Position numbers and translations under genes: made by a program. This document shows, piece by piece, positions 1 to 13,249 of a DNA stretch of 64,000 nucleotides. This DNA is from Balamuthia mandrillaris (Eukaryota), in contig JAVKOQ020000021.1 of the NCBI GenBank assembly GCA_031835245.2, positions 62,001 through 126,000 of the forward strand. The letters are read 5' to 3'. Positions within the stretch are counted from its first letter, which is position 1. Each line of letters opens with the position of its first letter. The notes beneath the pieces were generated by a model. That model saw nothing but the letters and a program-made list of their open reading frames with translations. It had not been told where the DNA came from and made no database searches.

Positions 1-147
1 AGTTTTTCATCGATGACTACAACCAAGAGGTATGACGAGAGAATACAAAGAAAGAAGCAAATAAACAAACTTTCCAGGTTAAATAAACGAAAGAAACAAA
101 TACAAGGAAACAAAAAAAAACGGGATAAAACTGTTTGCAACAAAGCT

Positions 148-192
<45 letters not shown>

Positions 193-213
193 AGCAACCA
201 AAAGAGTGTCTGT

Positions 214-3200
214 TTAGTTGCCCTCGTAGAAGAGACTTTCGGTAAACTTGCCAGTGTTCTCGAAGAAGGGATTGTCCATGACGGCATCCTCAAAGTCACG
301 CTCTCCAAAGACGACGTCCTGTTCGGGGGTCTTGCTCATGAAGTACACCATGGCGGCAATGATGCCCGCCAAAAGAGCTCCTCCGGCAAGCAAAGCTGCC
401 ACCACGCCACCCACGAGGCCGCCGACCTCCTCGTCGGTCATGCCGTCGTCCTCCTTGCCGGCAGCGCACTGAGGGGAGTAGAAGCAGTTGTCATCGGGCT
501 GTGGCCAGGTCTGGCCGGTGACCAGGTTCTCACGGTCGTAGCAGCCAGCCTCCAGGCCGTTGCCTCCTCCGCCTGGGCACCACCAGCAGGAGAGGTAGGT
601 GCCGTTGATGGAGCTGACACCGGTGCAGGTATCGCAGTCGCTGATGCAGGAGCAGTGTACCTCACCGTTGAGCTTCTGGCCGCAGCCGCGTTCGGCATCG
701 CAGAAGACCTCCCAGCAGAGGTTGTAGGGCTCGCCGACCTCAGCGGCGCAGTCCCGTTCGCCCTTGCGACAGGTGCCGCCGAGGCAGTAGTCGTTGGCGC
801 AGGCATCCGTGTCGTTGTCGCCGCTACCAACGCTCCTGCCGCAGGGTACGTTGTCGGTCACGTTCACAAGTTGGCAGAGACCAACCACGCACTGACCCTT
901 GGCACACTCGTTGTCGGCCAAGGAGTCGACTCCTCCATCCTGACGCTTGAAGGTGACCTCCTTAGGGTAGAGGCACTCGCCTTCCTTGTTGCGAGAGATG
1001 CAGCGACCATCCGCATTGCAAACGAGCTCTCTGCACTCATCGTAACATGTGGGTAGGAAGAAGTCACAGGGCTCAGTGGTGCCAACGCAGGGCTCACCTG
1101 CCCCCACGGAAATGGGGGTGGAGTCGTCGCAGCGGCCAGCTCCGTCGCAACCATACTTGAGGCAGAAGTTCTCGGGGTCGGGACGAGCACCACAGGTGGT
1201 GTTCGCTGGGAAGTTGTACTTGGTGCAAGCTCCTCCCTCACACTTGAGCTCATAGCATTCTTTGTCCTGAGGACGATCGTTCCTCTCCACAAAGAACTCT
1301 CTTTCTTCCATTTGTTGCTGTGGTTCTGCTTCTACTCCGCGTTTAGCAGTGTCGGGAGGAATGGGCCTCGGGTTCTCGCTGGAACAGGTCTTGCCCTCGT
1401 TCAGGTCCTTGACCGTACAGTACCCTCCTTGGCAAGTAAGGCTGAAGCAGTCGCCAGGGGAGCCGCATGGCGTTCCATCCATGTTCTTCACCACGCACTT
1501 TTGAGCATCGTTACACTCAGTGACGTAACAGCCGGATCGGGTGGTCTGACAATGTTTGCCAGCAGGAAAACCGACGTACTTGCAGGAGCCTGACTGACAT
1601 TTCAGGGAGACGCAGGAGGAATCCCTGCCGTTGAGGCCTGAAACGGGGGTGGTGCAGCTGCCGGATTCCTTGCTGGTGTCCGGTTGACTGGTGCACGCAC
1701 CGCCCTGACAGACGGCCTTGCGGCACTCTACGGCTGCAGTGCCGCCGACGCAGGGGCTGCCGTCGGATTGGTCCCGGACCTGGCAGTTGCCACTGATGCA
1801 GGAACCCTTCTTACAGTATTCATCGCTGCCGGTGGTACTACAGGCGCCGGAGGTCTTCGCGAAGAAGGTGCAGGAACCATCGCTGCAACGAGCGTTATGG
1901 CATTGATCCGGGGTGCGCTCAGAGCTGCAGTCGTTGTTATTATTGGTGTTCCTCAGCTCGCAGCTGCCGCTGATGCAGGAACCTTTCAGGCAAACGGAGG
2001 TATCCCCAACATGGTCACATGATCCGCTCTGCTTGTTGCGCTCGATACAAACACCGGACTGGCAAATGGCCTCTTCACACTGACCCGGAGAAACACCGTC
2101 GGTCGAACAGGAGCCCCCTTCATTGGAGGTCAAGGTGCGGCAAGTACCGTCGTTACAGCTGCCTCTCTTGCAGGTGTGAGGAAGGCCCGGTGCGTCAGTG
2201 CAGGCCTTGTTCCTAGGGATGGGGTCGCACTCGAAGGTGACGCCGTTGCAGCTGCCACGCCTGCAAGATCCAAAGCTGCCACATGAGGTCTTGGACTTCT
2301 TGTACTCACAGTAAGATGCGGAACCACTGGGACCAGTGAAGGGCTGCACGCTGCTAGAAACGCTATCGGACGACTTGCATACCACGTTGGCGCACTCCTT
2401 AGTCTGCCATCCGGTGCTGGTGCCACAGTTGCCAGATCCGCTGTAGTACCGCTGGCAGGAGCCGAAACCATCGCCGCCAGCCACACAGCGGTATTTGAAG
2501 CAGTCGTAATTGGTTCCCCGGCACGTGGGAGAGGGAGAGCGATCTCCAAAGCTTACATAGCGACAGGAACCTCCAACACAAGAGCCCTTACGACAGGAGC
2601 CAACAGTGGTGCCGGAGGGCTTGCAGCTACTAGAGCGAGGAACTGGTCGGCACTGACCCTCCGAGTTACAGCGGAGGCGGTTGCAAGTGGTGTCGTAGGT
2701 AGTGGCGCCGCCGGTGAGGGTATTACAGTTGGTAGAGGTGCTCCTCTTCTCAGGAATACACCGAGCACCGCCAGTTATGGCCTCGCAGGTGCCCTGCTGG
2801 CACTCGGTTGACCAGGCAGTATTGCGAGTGTAGTCGTTGCAAGAGCTGACGCCTGTGTTGAGGGTCTTGGTGCAGACGCCCTCTGAATTACAGACGCCCT
2901 TCTCGCACTGACCGAGCGAACCACTTGGAGTACAACCGGTGTTCACTGCCTTGTTAAATCTTCGGCAGCTGCCAACTCCGTCCTTGTTCACACACTGGCC
3001 GTAGACACACGGACCCTGCTGCGCCGCGGGCAGGGAGCATCCATTACCGTCCAGCACGTTGGTACGGCAGGTACCAGAGGAGCAGGAGTAGGACTGACAT
3101 GGGTTGCTAGTACCCGAGCAGGTACCGGTCTTGTTGGTCAACATGCACTGACCCAGGTTGGCGCCGCTGGTGACACACTTGGCAGAGCCCTGGCACTGGT

Positions 3201-4507
3201 TGGGGTCCTCCAAATAAGTGCTTGGTCCTCGGGTGACGGTATTACAGTCCACGTTGCCCTTGAAGTACCAAGAGCACACACCGCCGCCACACCTTTGGGC
3301 TACACAGTCATCGGCGTAGGACTCGAAGAAACCCTTGGGGATAGAGGGGGCACTGCAGGAGGCACCTTGGTTGGCAGGCTTGCTTTCACATGTCCAGTCC
3401 CCGCCTACCTTGCAGGTGCTGGTTGAGCAGGCGCCATGGACGGGGTCAGAAGGGCAAGTGTACCCCGTGTTGAGGACAAAGGTGCAGCGTCCCCCAGAGC
3501 ATGCACGCTTGGCGCAGACAGCGGTGGCCGGGGGTTGAGGGCACTTGGTAGCATCTTGACAGTTAGCCACGAGTTTGCCGAGCAGCACAGCCCTGCTCTC
3601 CTGGTTCTCGTCCGAAATGAACTGAGTTACGGTCTGGCCGGTGCTTGTATCCTTGAAGCCGGTAAGTTCCAACGTGTACTCCACACCGCCGCTTATGAAA
3701 GTGGACTCGGAGGAGACGTCGGGGAAATACAAACGATCCGAGCAGGGTCCCTGAGCGCTGCGAGAGGCGTAGGGGCAGCACAAGTCGTCCGTTCGCCAAC
3801 CAGGGTTGGTGGTGTCCCTGTAAGGGCAGTAGCCAGCATAGGTGTCAGGTCGGTTCAGGGTCTCATGGATGTCAAGAGTGAAACGAGGGGCAAAGGAAAT
3901 GGAGGAGATGAAGCTGCCGTCGAGGTCACGCACAGCGCCGGTGATCCGCAGCTCCAAGTCAACGTTGGAGGGATGGTACTTGGTGTCGTCGCTTTCAGGT
4001 GCCTTAAGCGGGAAGTTGAAGTGGACTAAAGTGCCAAGCTCGATCTCAGTCTCGAAAGCAGTTGAAATGCCCGTTCTGATAGGTTTTTTTTGTTAACGGA
4101 ATGAGAGAGAGAAAGAGAGAGAGAGAGAGAGAAAGGAATACTTTGGGATAAAGGTAAGACCACTGCGTTGACCAGCCGTTTGGGCGATACCCCACTCCAC
4201 TTTGCTTTTGTCGGAGGAGTAGGTGCAGCGAGCGTCAGCGGGAGGGGCGTAGGCAGGGCTGACCCCGGGTTTGCCCGCGCAGTTGGAAAACAGGGGGCCG
4301 ATGCTCAAAGAGAAGGTTTGCGCCTCCACTCCGAGCGCTATTTGCGTCAATTGTTGAGTATAGGTGAGACAAAAAAAACTTTGCATCAATAACAGTAAAG
4401 AGAGAGAGAGAGAAGAGAAGAAAGGGATGAAAGATTTGAGGGAAAAAGCTACCGCAAAACAAAGCAAGAATAACTCCTAGCAGCAAAAGAGGAGTCCGAG
4501 AGGCCAT
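214..4507 (-). CDS. Large Cys-rich type I membrane/surface protein with N-terminal choice-of-anchor-K-like domain (3 exons: ~4507-4453, 4337-4142, 4075-214)
   Basis: Spliced signal peptide MASRTPLLLLGVILALFCALGVEA; in-frame GT-AG joins; VEWG..SGLTF..ELGTLVHFNFPL..FTLDIHETLN..FISDENQESRAVLLGKL motifs; ~1000 aa of CxxxxC..GxC repeats; TM VGGLVGGVVAALLAGGALLAGIIAAMVYFM; cytoplasmic NPFFE. Confidence 0.85.
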
Positions 4508-5194
4508 TTTGTTGATAATTTTTTTAAAAAATATGAAACTCCAAACAAGAGGCCTCTCTTGGTTGTTGGAGTTGCGAATTGGAATTAAATATACAAAAAG
4601 CCGCAGAGGGGCAAAAGCGGTGGCTCTGCTGCGATGGTGTTGTGTGCGTTGAGGAGTCCAGAAAATGAAAATATAATAAATAAAAACCAACCAACCCCCG
4701 AAGAAAACCGTTACCTTCATACCCGCGCTACGCAATCATGCTTTCAGAAAATGGCAATGATTAAGTCAATGAAATAAATGAGGGCCATGGTCCAACGTAG
4801 AAACGCCACGTAAGCCATAAACTCCGGAATGACCCGCACCCCGGCGGGTGACCTGCCAAAACTGTCGCTCGTTTACTTGAATGGCTCATGGAAAAACGAA
4901 CGGACCCTCAAGGATCTGCCTTTCATTTTCAGCGAATTGACCAACGCGCAAGGGTTTGGTTTGGCGGCAGTCCTTGCCGACACAAATTATCCCAGCTAAA
5001 CGTAGCAGGGAAGCGCTAGGACTTTTTTGCTCCCCTTTCTTCCCTTGCCATTTCTTAATTTCGAAATGATTAATTAATTCATTACTGTAGGTGACGTAAT
5101 CTTCGTGTCGACAGAAATAATATTTCCTAACGAATTTTTTCCTAGAAAAATAATTAGCTATGTTTAACAGAGCGTAAGGACACTAACGAAAGCC

Positions 5195-6771
5195 ATGGGA
5201 CAAGAAGGGCACCATTTCATCGGGACGGAGGCCTTCTACGGCGTGGAGGTGCGTAGCGTGCGATGCCTGCTGAGGGCGCTGGTTCGTTGGCACAACCACA
5301 ACTTGGTGCCGCCGTTGGTGCACCTCGCCCTGCGCGCCGTTCTGTGCGACCAGCCCAGCAAGCGAGAAGAGGAGGAGGAGCACCGTGCCGGGCGGAGGAG
5401 ACCTCGCAAGAAGCGCCGACACGAGGAAGCTGCCACCCCCTCGGTGCCTCCTATGATCAGGAGTCCTGAGGTCATGGCACGTCTTCCCAAGGAACTGAGG
5501 TGGGCTCTGTTCAGGATGAAGGTGAGTGAGAATGGAGGGGAAAAAAACGGCACTCACTTACTGCCTTTCTCTCTATCCCTTTTTTTTCTCTCCTGCGTTA
5601 CTTTTCAGCATGACTACCTTACGTTGTTGAAGGCGGAGGACTGGCATGGCCTGCCGCAAGGTTTGTTTCCCTCTTTGCACATCAGATCAGGAACAAATAA
5701 CATAAACAACGAAGACAAAAGCAATAGACTAACCTTAAACGTAAAACAATCCAAGAGGGAGTGCCAGTGGATGAAGCTCAAGAGGACGCTTTGGTGAAGA
5801 AATGCACAATAGGATCGCCGTGGAATGTATCGCTATCCTTGGAGGTGTTCCGCTCTGCCTTCGTGTTGCGCAGCCTGGCCTGGATGTGCGGCAGAGCGAG
5901 CCCCGCCCTCATCGATCCGCAGCTGCAATCAAGCTGTCCCTCGAGCAGCTTGCACCAGCAACAACCCCTTCTGTTGCTCCTTCCTGGCAACACCAAGGCA
6001 TTTCTGGTGGCTCCTTCGGTGGGCGTTTGGCATCGCCTCGCTTATATCAACTTGCCCGCAGACAGCGCTCCGTTTGTCTTTGACCCTTCTCAGTTTAAAA
6101 TTTGTCCAACTTCGTTACCATCATCTTCTTCTTCATCATCGTCATCCTCTTCAGCATCATCTTCTCATCGCGAAGAGGAAGAGGAAGAGGAGGTGGTGGA
6201 AGAAGCCTCTTCTTCGATTGTAGGGACATTCGAGAGGTTCCACGCAGAGGTTACTCGAGCATTTGCTTTCGGTCCATTGCGAACAGTTACAGAAGAAACA
6301 GAGGAACCTAAGAGAGAACAACTGAGACGAGGATGGCAGCTCTATGATGATGACGAGGAAGACCGCTATGAACCAGACCCGAACGAAGAAGCGAAGAGAA
6401 AGAGGTTGGACAAACGAACTCGTTTCAAGTTTGTGAGACTGCCACCACAAGAAATCGACGTCCTTCTTGGTTGTGAATATCTTGAACGCAACTTGGATAG
6501 GGAAGCCGAGCGTGTGAATCCCGAAGAACGATTCTACAAGAAAGAAACAGAGGAGGAAGAGGAAATGAACAGAGCAGAGCAACAAGAAGAGGAGTGGGAA
6601 AGGGAGCTACGGGAGGAGGCCGAGGAGTATCGTCGTCGATGCGAAGAGTCTCATCCCAACTTGGATGACGTTGCGTTGAGGGGCATTGACGTCCCGCCGG
6701 AGGAGGCCATCATCCAAAAGCACCCCCAATGGTGGATCGTGACCGAAGCCCATCTTAACAAAACCTATTGA
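5195..6771 (+). CDS. Hypothetical protein, spliced, acidic C-terminal half
   Basis: Coding-like ORFs 5195-5521 and 5761-6771 separated by GT-AG introns (gtgagt at ~5522; gtttgt at ~5661); no family recognised. Confidence 0.6.
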
Positions 6772-7319
6772 ACAAAATCAATCTTTTTTTTGTCTTCTTT
6801 GCTGAAACGCTGCGATAGACTGTCGACAATTAAATCACGTCGTCACGATAGAACCAACGAACCCTCGATAGGAAACGATAATCTGCTCCTCAGGCGTCGA
6901 CAAAGCAGTACGTTTTTTGTAGACCAATTTTGCTAATAGACAATCAAGGTAGCTAATAGGTGGACAGCTGAGCAACGGGGAAGAGCTTCGATCGATTAGA
7001 ATAGGAACGCAGCTAATTGAGTCCAAAAACCAATGATTAAATCCAACGCACGGTAGTTTGGGAGTACGTCCCCATCCGAATCATCGTTTTCTGCTTCAAC
7101 AAAAAAGCAAAGTCGAAAAAAAACAGAACACTTTTTTTTTCTGCAAGAAAGAAAAGAAAGGGAGAGGCCAACAAGAGATCTATTGTGTACGAAACCGCCC
7201 ATCTATTTTTTTTTCCCCCCTACGTGGACGTAACAGTTCGTTCTTTTAATCATTAGGCCTTGGTTTTTGTCGGATCGAAAAAAAAAGGGCTCTCCAGAGA
7301 ATCAAAGAAGAAGAAAGCG

Positions 7320-7753
7320 ATGCGACGCAACAACAATGGAAAAGGGCACGCGTACGATTACTTGGTGGTCATCGACTTCGAGGCCACTTGCGACGAGGGA
7401 GAAAACCCCACCGTCACTCGGGAGAACCAGGAAATCATAGAGTTCCCTTGGGTGGTCGTCGACTTGAGCACGGCCCAGATCGTGGACCAGCAGCAGCTCT
7501 ACGTGCGGCCCCAGTGGACGCAGCGGTTGACCGCCTTTTGCACTTCCCTCACTGGCATCACTGATGAACAGCTCGTTGGGGCGCCTACCCTCGAGGAAGC
7601 TATCGCTGTATCCCCCCCCCCCCCTCTCCTTTTCCTCTGTCTTTTTCGCTCGCTTTTTTTACCCTGTTCGCTTCAAATGCGCGTCTCGCTCTATTTTCCC
7701 TTCAACTCTCTTCTCTCTTCTCTCTTTTCTCTTTTCTCTTTTCTCTCTCCTTC

Positions 7754-7784
<31 letters not shown>

Positions 7785-9979
7785 TCCTCTCCCTCTCTCC
7801 CTCTCTCCCTCTCCTCTCTCTCTCTCCCTCTCTCCCTCTCTCCCTCCCCCCTGTTCTTTCTCTCCTCTCTCCCTCCCTCTTTGCTTCTCTCAGTCTCTCG
7901 GTCTCTTCTTCGTATTGCTGTTCTATCTTCTATGGTCTTTTCAGCCCTTCTCTCTCTTTCACTGGTTATCTCCTAGCTGCTCTGACAAATGGCTTTGCAG
8001 TTTGACCACTATGTGGCAACCAATTTTACGGCACGAGGGCATAGTTTTTGCATTTTGACGGATGGCGACTGGGACCTGAAGCTCCAGTTTTTGTCCGAAA
8101 CCACTAAAAAGGGGATCCAGCGGGCACCTCACTACATGACATATTTTGTAATGACTGATTCTCCCTCTCCCATCTTCTCATCCTATTTCGCCTTGGCTCT
8201 CTTGCTCTCCCGTTCTCTCTTCTCCTTTCCTCTTCCGCTGACTTACTCAACACATAGAACTTGAAAGAAGAATTTAAGAAAGAACATCCTCATGCTCGCA
8301 GTACTAGCCTGAAAGCTATGCTTGATCGTAATTGCTTTCTTTTCTTTTCTTTTCTGTGCTTCTGTCTTTCGTTTATTTCTGCAATCCTACCAATTACTGA
8401 CACTCGTTTGTGTAAATTTTTGCAAACAGAGATGAGCCTCCCGCTGGAAGGAAGACACCACTCAGGGTTCGATGACTGTCTTAATATCTGTAATATAGTG
8501 ACGGGGCTGCTGCAAATGGGGCATTGCTTCACTGCTCCAATCGTGATCGAGGAGGATTTTGACCCCACTACAGAGCCTTCGCTTCTCAAGGATTACAACA
8601 AGACAAATCTTCACATGGCTTCCATTTTTGCCCCGTTACGTGCCGGTGAAGAGGAAGGTGACGATGACGAAGAAGCAGAAGAAGGAGAAGGAGAAAACGG
8701 TGCACAGAAATTGACAAAGAAGAAAAAGAAGCAGGCCCTACCCGGTCGGGTGGTGGTGCTGCGAGGTCTGCCTTGGAGTGCAAGTGAGGAGGACGTACGG
8801 CAGTTCTTTGATGGGTTGAATGTGGTGGAGCAACCGGATGGGGTTCACCTCATCCATAATCGAAACGGACGGCCCTCCGGAGTGGCCTACGTCCAATTCG
8901 CGACGGCGGAGGAGGCCAAGGCTGCCCTCGACCGTCACAACAACTACCTTGGGGATAGGTACATCGAGGTCTATGCTAGCAACGAGGAGAAGAGGGACTC
9001 GGTTCTGGCTAAACTTGACGGAACGACATCAACAACGACAACGGAAACAGCAGCACCAATAGTTGGAGGCAGTGGCGGTGAAGAAGGAGCAGGAAATGGT
9101 GGTGGTAAGCAGGAGTTAATGACAAACGTGCGGCCAGGGGATTGGTACTGTCCCAACTGTGGAGATCATCAATTCGCCTCTCGTAACGTGTGTCGGAAGT
9201 GTAGCACGCCACGATCCTATGACTACATCGCCATGACTTCTGCGACAACTGAGAACGTTCCTCCTCTGCTTGCTGGGGGAGTTGGGGGAGTGGGAAGCGA
9301 GGCGATGACGAACGATGGGCTGATAATGGTACCACCAACAATAACAGCAGGAACTGGAATGGGAATGATGGCAACAAGACCCGGCGATTGGTACTGCCCA
9401 AACTGTGCTGACATGAACTTTGCTTCGCGGCAAGCCTGTCGCAAGTGTGGCACCCCATCTCCTTTGCTTGGCGGGGGCTTTGGTGGAGGACTGCCTACCG
9501 CCGCCGCAGCAGCAGCAACAACTGCTATCGCAACTGGGACAGGCCTAACGGAGATCCGTGCTGGGGATTGGCTGTGTCCCAGCTGTCAGGACTTAAACTT
9601 TGCCAGCCGTGCCGTCTGCCGTAAGTGCAGAACGCCCAATCCATTCACAACCGGGGTGAATGCAACCGCTGCTGGCTCTGGCGGAGGAGGCAGAGGGCAC
9701 ACGCATCAGCACAACAATTACCGAGGAAGAGGAGGAGGAGGAGGAGGTGGTGGTGGAAGAGGCGGAGGAGGTGGCTACAGAGGAGCAAGCGGCAGAGGAG
9801 GAGGAGGCGGGGGGGCAGGTGGTCGGTCGGTGACGGCACGGCCAGGGGATTGGTTCTGCGCCTGCTCCGAGCTGAACTTTGCCTCGCGTGCGGTGTGTCG
9901 CCGCTGCGGAGGGCCTCGTTCTGCTGCCCAGCAGGTTGTGGAGGAAGAAGAAGGAGGAGGAGGGGATGGCCAAGAGTAA
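7320..9979 (+). CDS. ERI1/3'hExo-like DEDDh exonuclease + qRRM + four RanBP2-type zinc fingers + RGG region
   Basis: YLVVIDFEATC, EIIEFP, CTSLTGIT, TDGDWDL, LEGRHHSGFDDC; RRM VVVLRGLPWSASEEDVRQFF..GRPSGVAYVQF..RYIEVY; four R(P/A)GDWxC..CxxxxFASRxxCRxC fingers; three GT-AG introns join in frame. Confidence 0.9.
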
Positions 9980-10589
9980 ACGTTTAGTGCATGCACCTTC
10001 GATCGACCATTCTTTATCAAAAATAATAATAATAACAATAAAATAATATTACCATGCACAATCAAGTTTTTCCGAATTTCTGGGTTTATCCTTATTTTCT
10101 CACATAGAACAAGTGGGAAAAAAAGTATTTTGGAAAAACTTGAAAGTGCTGGGTAATAATAAACGAAATAAAACGGTGAAAAAAATATATATATTAGCAA
10201 TAAAGCAAAATAAATAAAAACAGCTCGAATTATTTTAGATGGTATTTGGCCCACCCCGAAGAACGAATGATGGTGGTGACGTCAGCTCTTTGCAGCGACA
10301 GTTCAGCGGAGTCAAAAAGCAGGTCTGCGCACCGGAGGAGGTTTCATTTGTTGGGAAAAACGTCCACCTTTCGCCCCCGTAAATACATTATTGAAAAAAT
10401 TGACCGGTAAGAAAAGCAAAAGAGAGAGAGAGCAACACAAAAGAGCTCTTCATCACCGACGAAAGGCTCTTTCTTCTTGTCGTTCTTCTTCTTGTTGTTC
10501 TTCTTCCGAAGACCGTGACGGGCGTGCTTTTCTCTTTATGTTTGAGAGAAGAAGCATATAATACATCCGGAAACAAAAAAACTATAAAG

Positions 10590-12867
10590 ATGGAGAGGAG
10601 GAAAGGTTTTGGCCGTAACACCCTGTCCTCGCAGAAATGGAAGGCCTTGAAGAAGGGCAAGGCCGCTCAGGTCCTCGACTGGGGTTCGCGTCCATTTGTC
10701 TCTGCCGATAACCTTTGGAAGTTCCGTATTGCGTCCATCTTATCATCGGCTCAACCCTTTTTGAACAAAGACCGATTGATGCGAAACTAATCCCTCTCTC
10801 TCTTTCTTCTCTCTATTAAAAAGGATGACACAAGAAATACCAAACGCCTCCAAAGAAAGGAGCGGCTCCGAATCGAGCGGTGGCGGCGGTGGAGGTCTCA
10901 TCGCTAAGACGCCGAGAGGAGAGAAATTCTTGAACGCCGAACAAGTATGCGTTTACTTTCTCTTTTGCGTCATGTGTTATGTGTGCTTCTTCTTTTACTG
11001 CCATTGCTTTCTTTCTTGTTCGTTTCTTGCTTCCTTCCTTGCTTGCTTTCCTGTCGTTTCTTGCTTGCTTCCTTGTCGTTTCTTTCTTTAACAGTTGGGC
11101 TTTCTCCCTCTCTTTCATGCAACCATAGATGCTGTGGGAGATCATAGGCGGGTGCCTCTACGGCCTCGGTCTGGAGGAGGAGAAGGTGGAGGAATGTCTT
11201 CGCAGCATCGAGGATGGCTACTTTCGCACCCCCGGCAACAGCTCCAGCGGCGGCAACAGCAGCAGGAAACACTATCAGCCGCATCACTTTGACTCCGAGC
11301 CCACTTACGAGGCCTCCTCCCCTTCTGCTTCCTCCTCCTCCTCCTCCGACATAACATCGACCACAGGTGTTGCTCTCCTGGTCAATTCTGACACAACGTG
11401 CAACGTTCGAGGAGACTCCCCCAACAACAACCACGACAACCATAACGAGAGCAACAACCACAACGGCAACAACAAGCTCGGCGGCAGTGGAAGCAACTAC
11501 AGAAAGACTGCCAAAAGCTTTTCTTATATTTCGGCTTCTTCTCCAGGCGAGTCTACGGCAAGCAAGCGCGGAGCGACCACAAGCGGAAGCAACATCGAGG
11601 GTCTATCTCTATCGCTTCCTCTGCCTCCAACTACAGATCAGAACAACAACAACAAAGAGAATTGCAAGAGTCCAAAGTCTGCGAGGACGCGCTCTCCGTT
11701 GTCGGCTTCCTCTGGCCCTCGTCAACAACAGAACCAATGGCGTAGAGCTACTGATCGTCAAATCCTCGTTTTTGTAAGCTCCTCTTCCTCCCTTTCTCTC
11801 TCTCCCTCTCTCTCTTTCTCTCTCTTCTCCCTGTTATCCTATGCTCTCATCTCGTTTCTTTCTTCAATGATGAACTTCAACAACTAAAGACAAGCATATG
11901 TCTGAATTGCATGTGGACATTTGTTTTCCTGATTCTCTCTCCTCCCTTCTCTCTCTCTCTCTCTCTCTCTCTCTTCCGCTGATCTAACAACACAAACAAC
12001 TCAACGCATATGAATGCAAAATAGCAAAACGTGGAGGCATACAGCGCTGCTTTCTTGCATGAACAGCGGAACCTCCGCGCGTTAATACTTGCTCAAAGCG
12101 TTGTTCGAGGATGGCTGCAACGGCGGCGTTATAAGAAACTTGGTTCGTTTTATAAAAAGATGTTTGTTTTACTGCTTTCATCTTAAACTTTGTTTGAAAC
12201 AGCAAAATTGTACATTGGTGCGCCGTTGGGCAAGCGTAATAATGCCTTCCAAGAGCTTGTAAGAACAGAAAAGCAGTTCATCATGCATCTAGAGTTACTC
12301 GTCAATGTACACGACTCTCTCTCCCCCCTCTTTTTCTGTTATCTCAACAAACAGTAACATAATACACAACTAAACAAATAAAAAGGAATATCTGAATCCT
12401 CTTCAAGAAAGAGCAGAGACAAAGAAACATCGCATCATCTCCTCGCAAGAGATAGATGGCCTCTTTGGCAACATTGCCGACGTGCTCAAAGTCCATCAAA
12501 TGCTGTTGAAGCAGTTTCTCAAGATCCAGGACAAGTGGCCGAGGTGTCATGGCATTGGCAAGGCCTTCACTCGCCGTGCCTCTGCCTTTGCTGTGTACAA
12601 AGACTATGTCAACAACTTTAAGCACGCCCAAAACATCATGCAGGCTTGCCGCAAGACCAACCCAAAGTTCAACGCTTTTCTTGAGGAGGTAAAGCCTACT
12701 CCGTTTCAGTTTTTTTTATTGCTTGCGTTGCTCTTTTCTGAACCGACTAACTGATGCTATGACCGTAGACGTACCAAAAAACGGAGAAGCACATGTTGGG
12801 CTTGCATGAGCTTATAGGCATTCCTCTTAACAGAATTTCTTCCTATAACTCCTTATTAGATGTGCAT

Positions 12868-12940
<73 letters not shown>

Positions 12941-13207
12941 TCTCTGCTCTCTGCTCTCTGCTCTCTGCTCTCTGCTCTCTCTCACATTTTGCTTCACGTT
13001 TTTTTTTTTAAAAAAAAGCAATTGGTTCGTCACTCAACGGAAGACAGCAAAGAAGCTCGCAGTCTTGAAAGCGCGCGTGCCCTCATGCAACAAATGTACG
13101 AAGCTGTGGTTACTAGCATCGAGAATGCTGACGTTAGAGCCTCCATTATGCGCATCGAAAATCTTATTATTAACCTTTCATCTCAAGTTCGTTGTTTTTT
13201 TTTTTCA

Positions 13208-13249
<42 letters not shown>

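Noticed and set aside
13..1056. 347-aa plus-strand ORF
   Set aside because: Antisense shadow of the Cys-rich gene, extended through a (GA)n repeat
4830..4852. Short GC hairpin acccgc..gcgggt
   Set aside because: A 6-bp stem is expected by chance; no other RNA-gene features
10277..10284. TGACGTCA CRE-like sites (also ~28356)
   Set aside because: Too few and too short to distinguish from chance without genome-wide statistics
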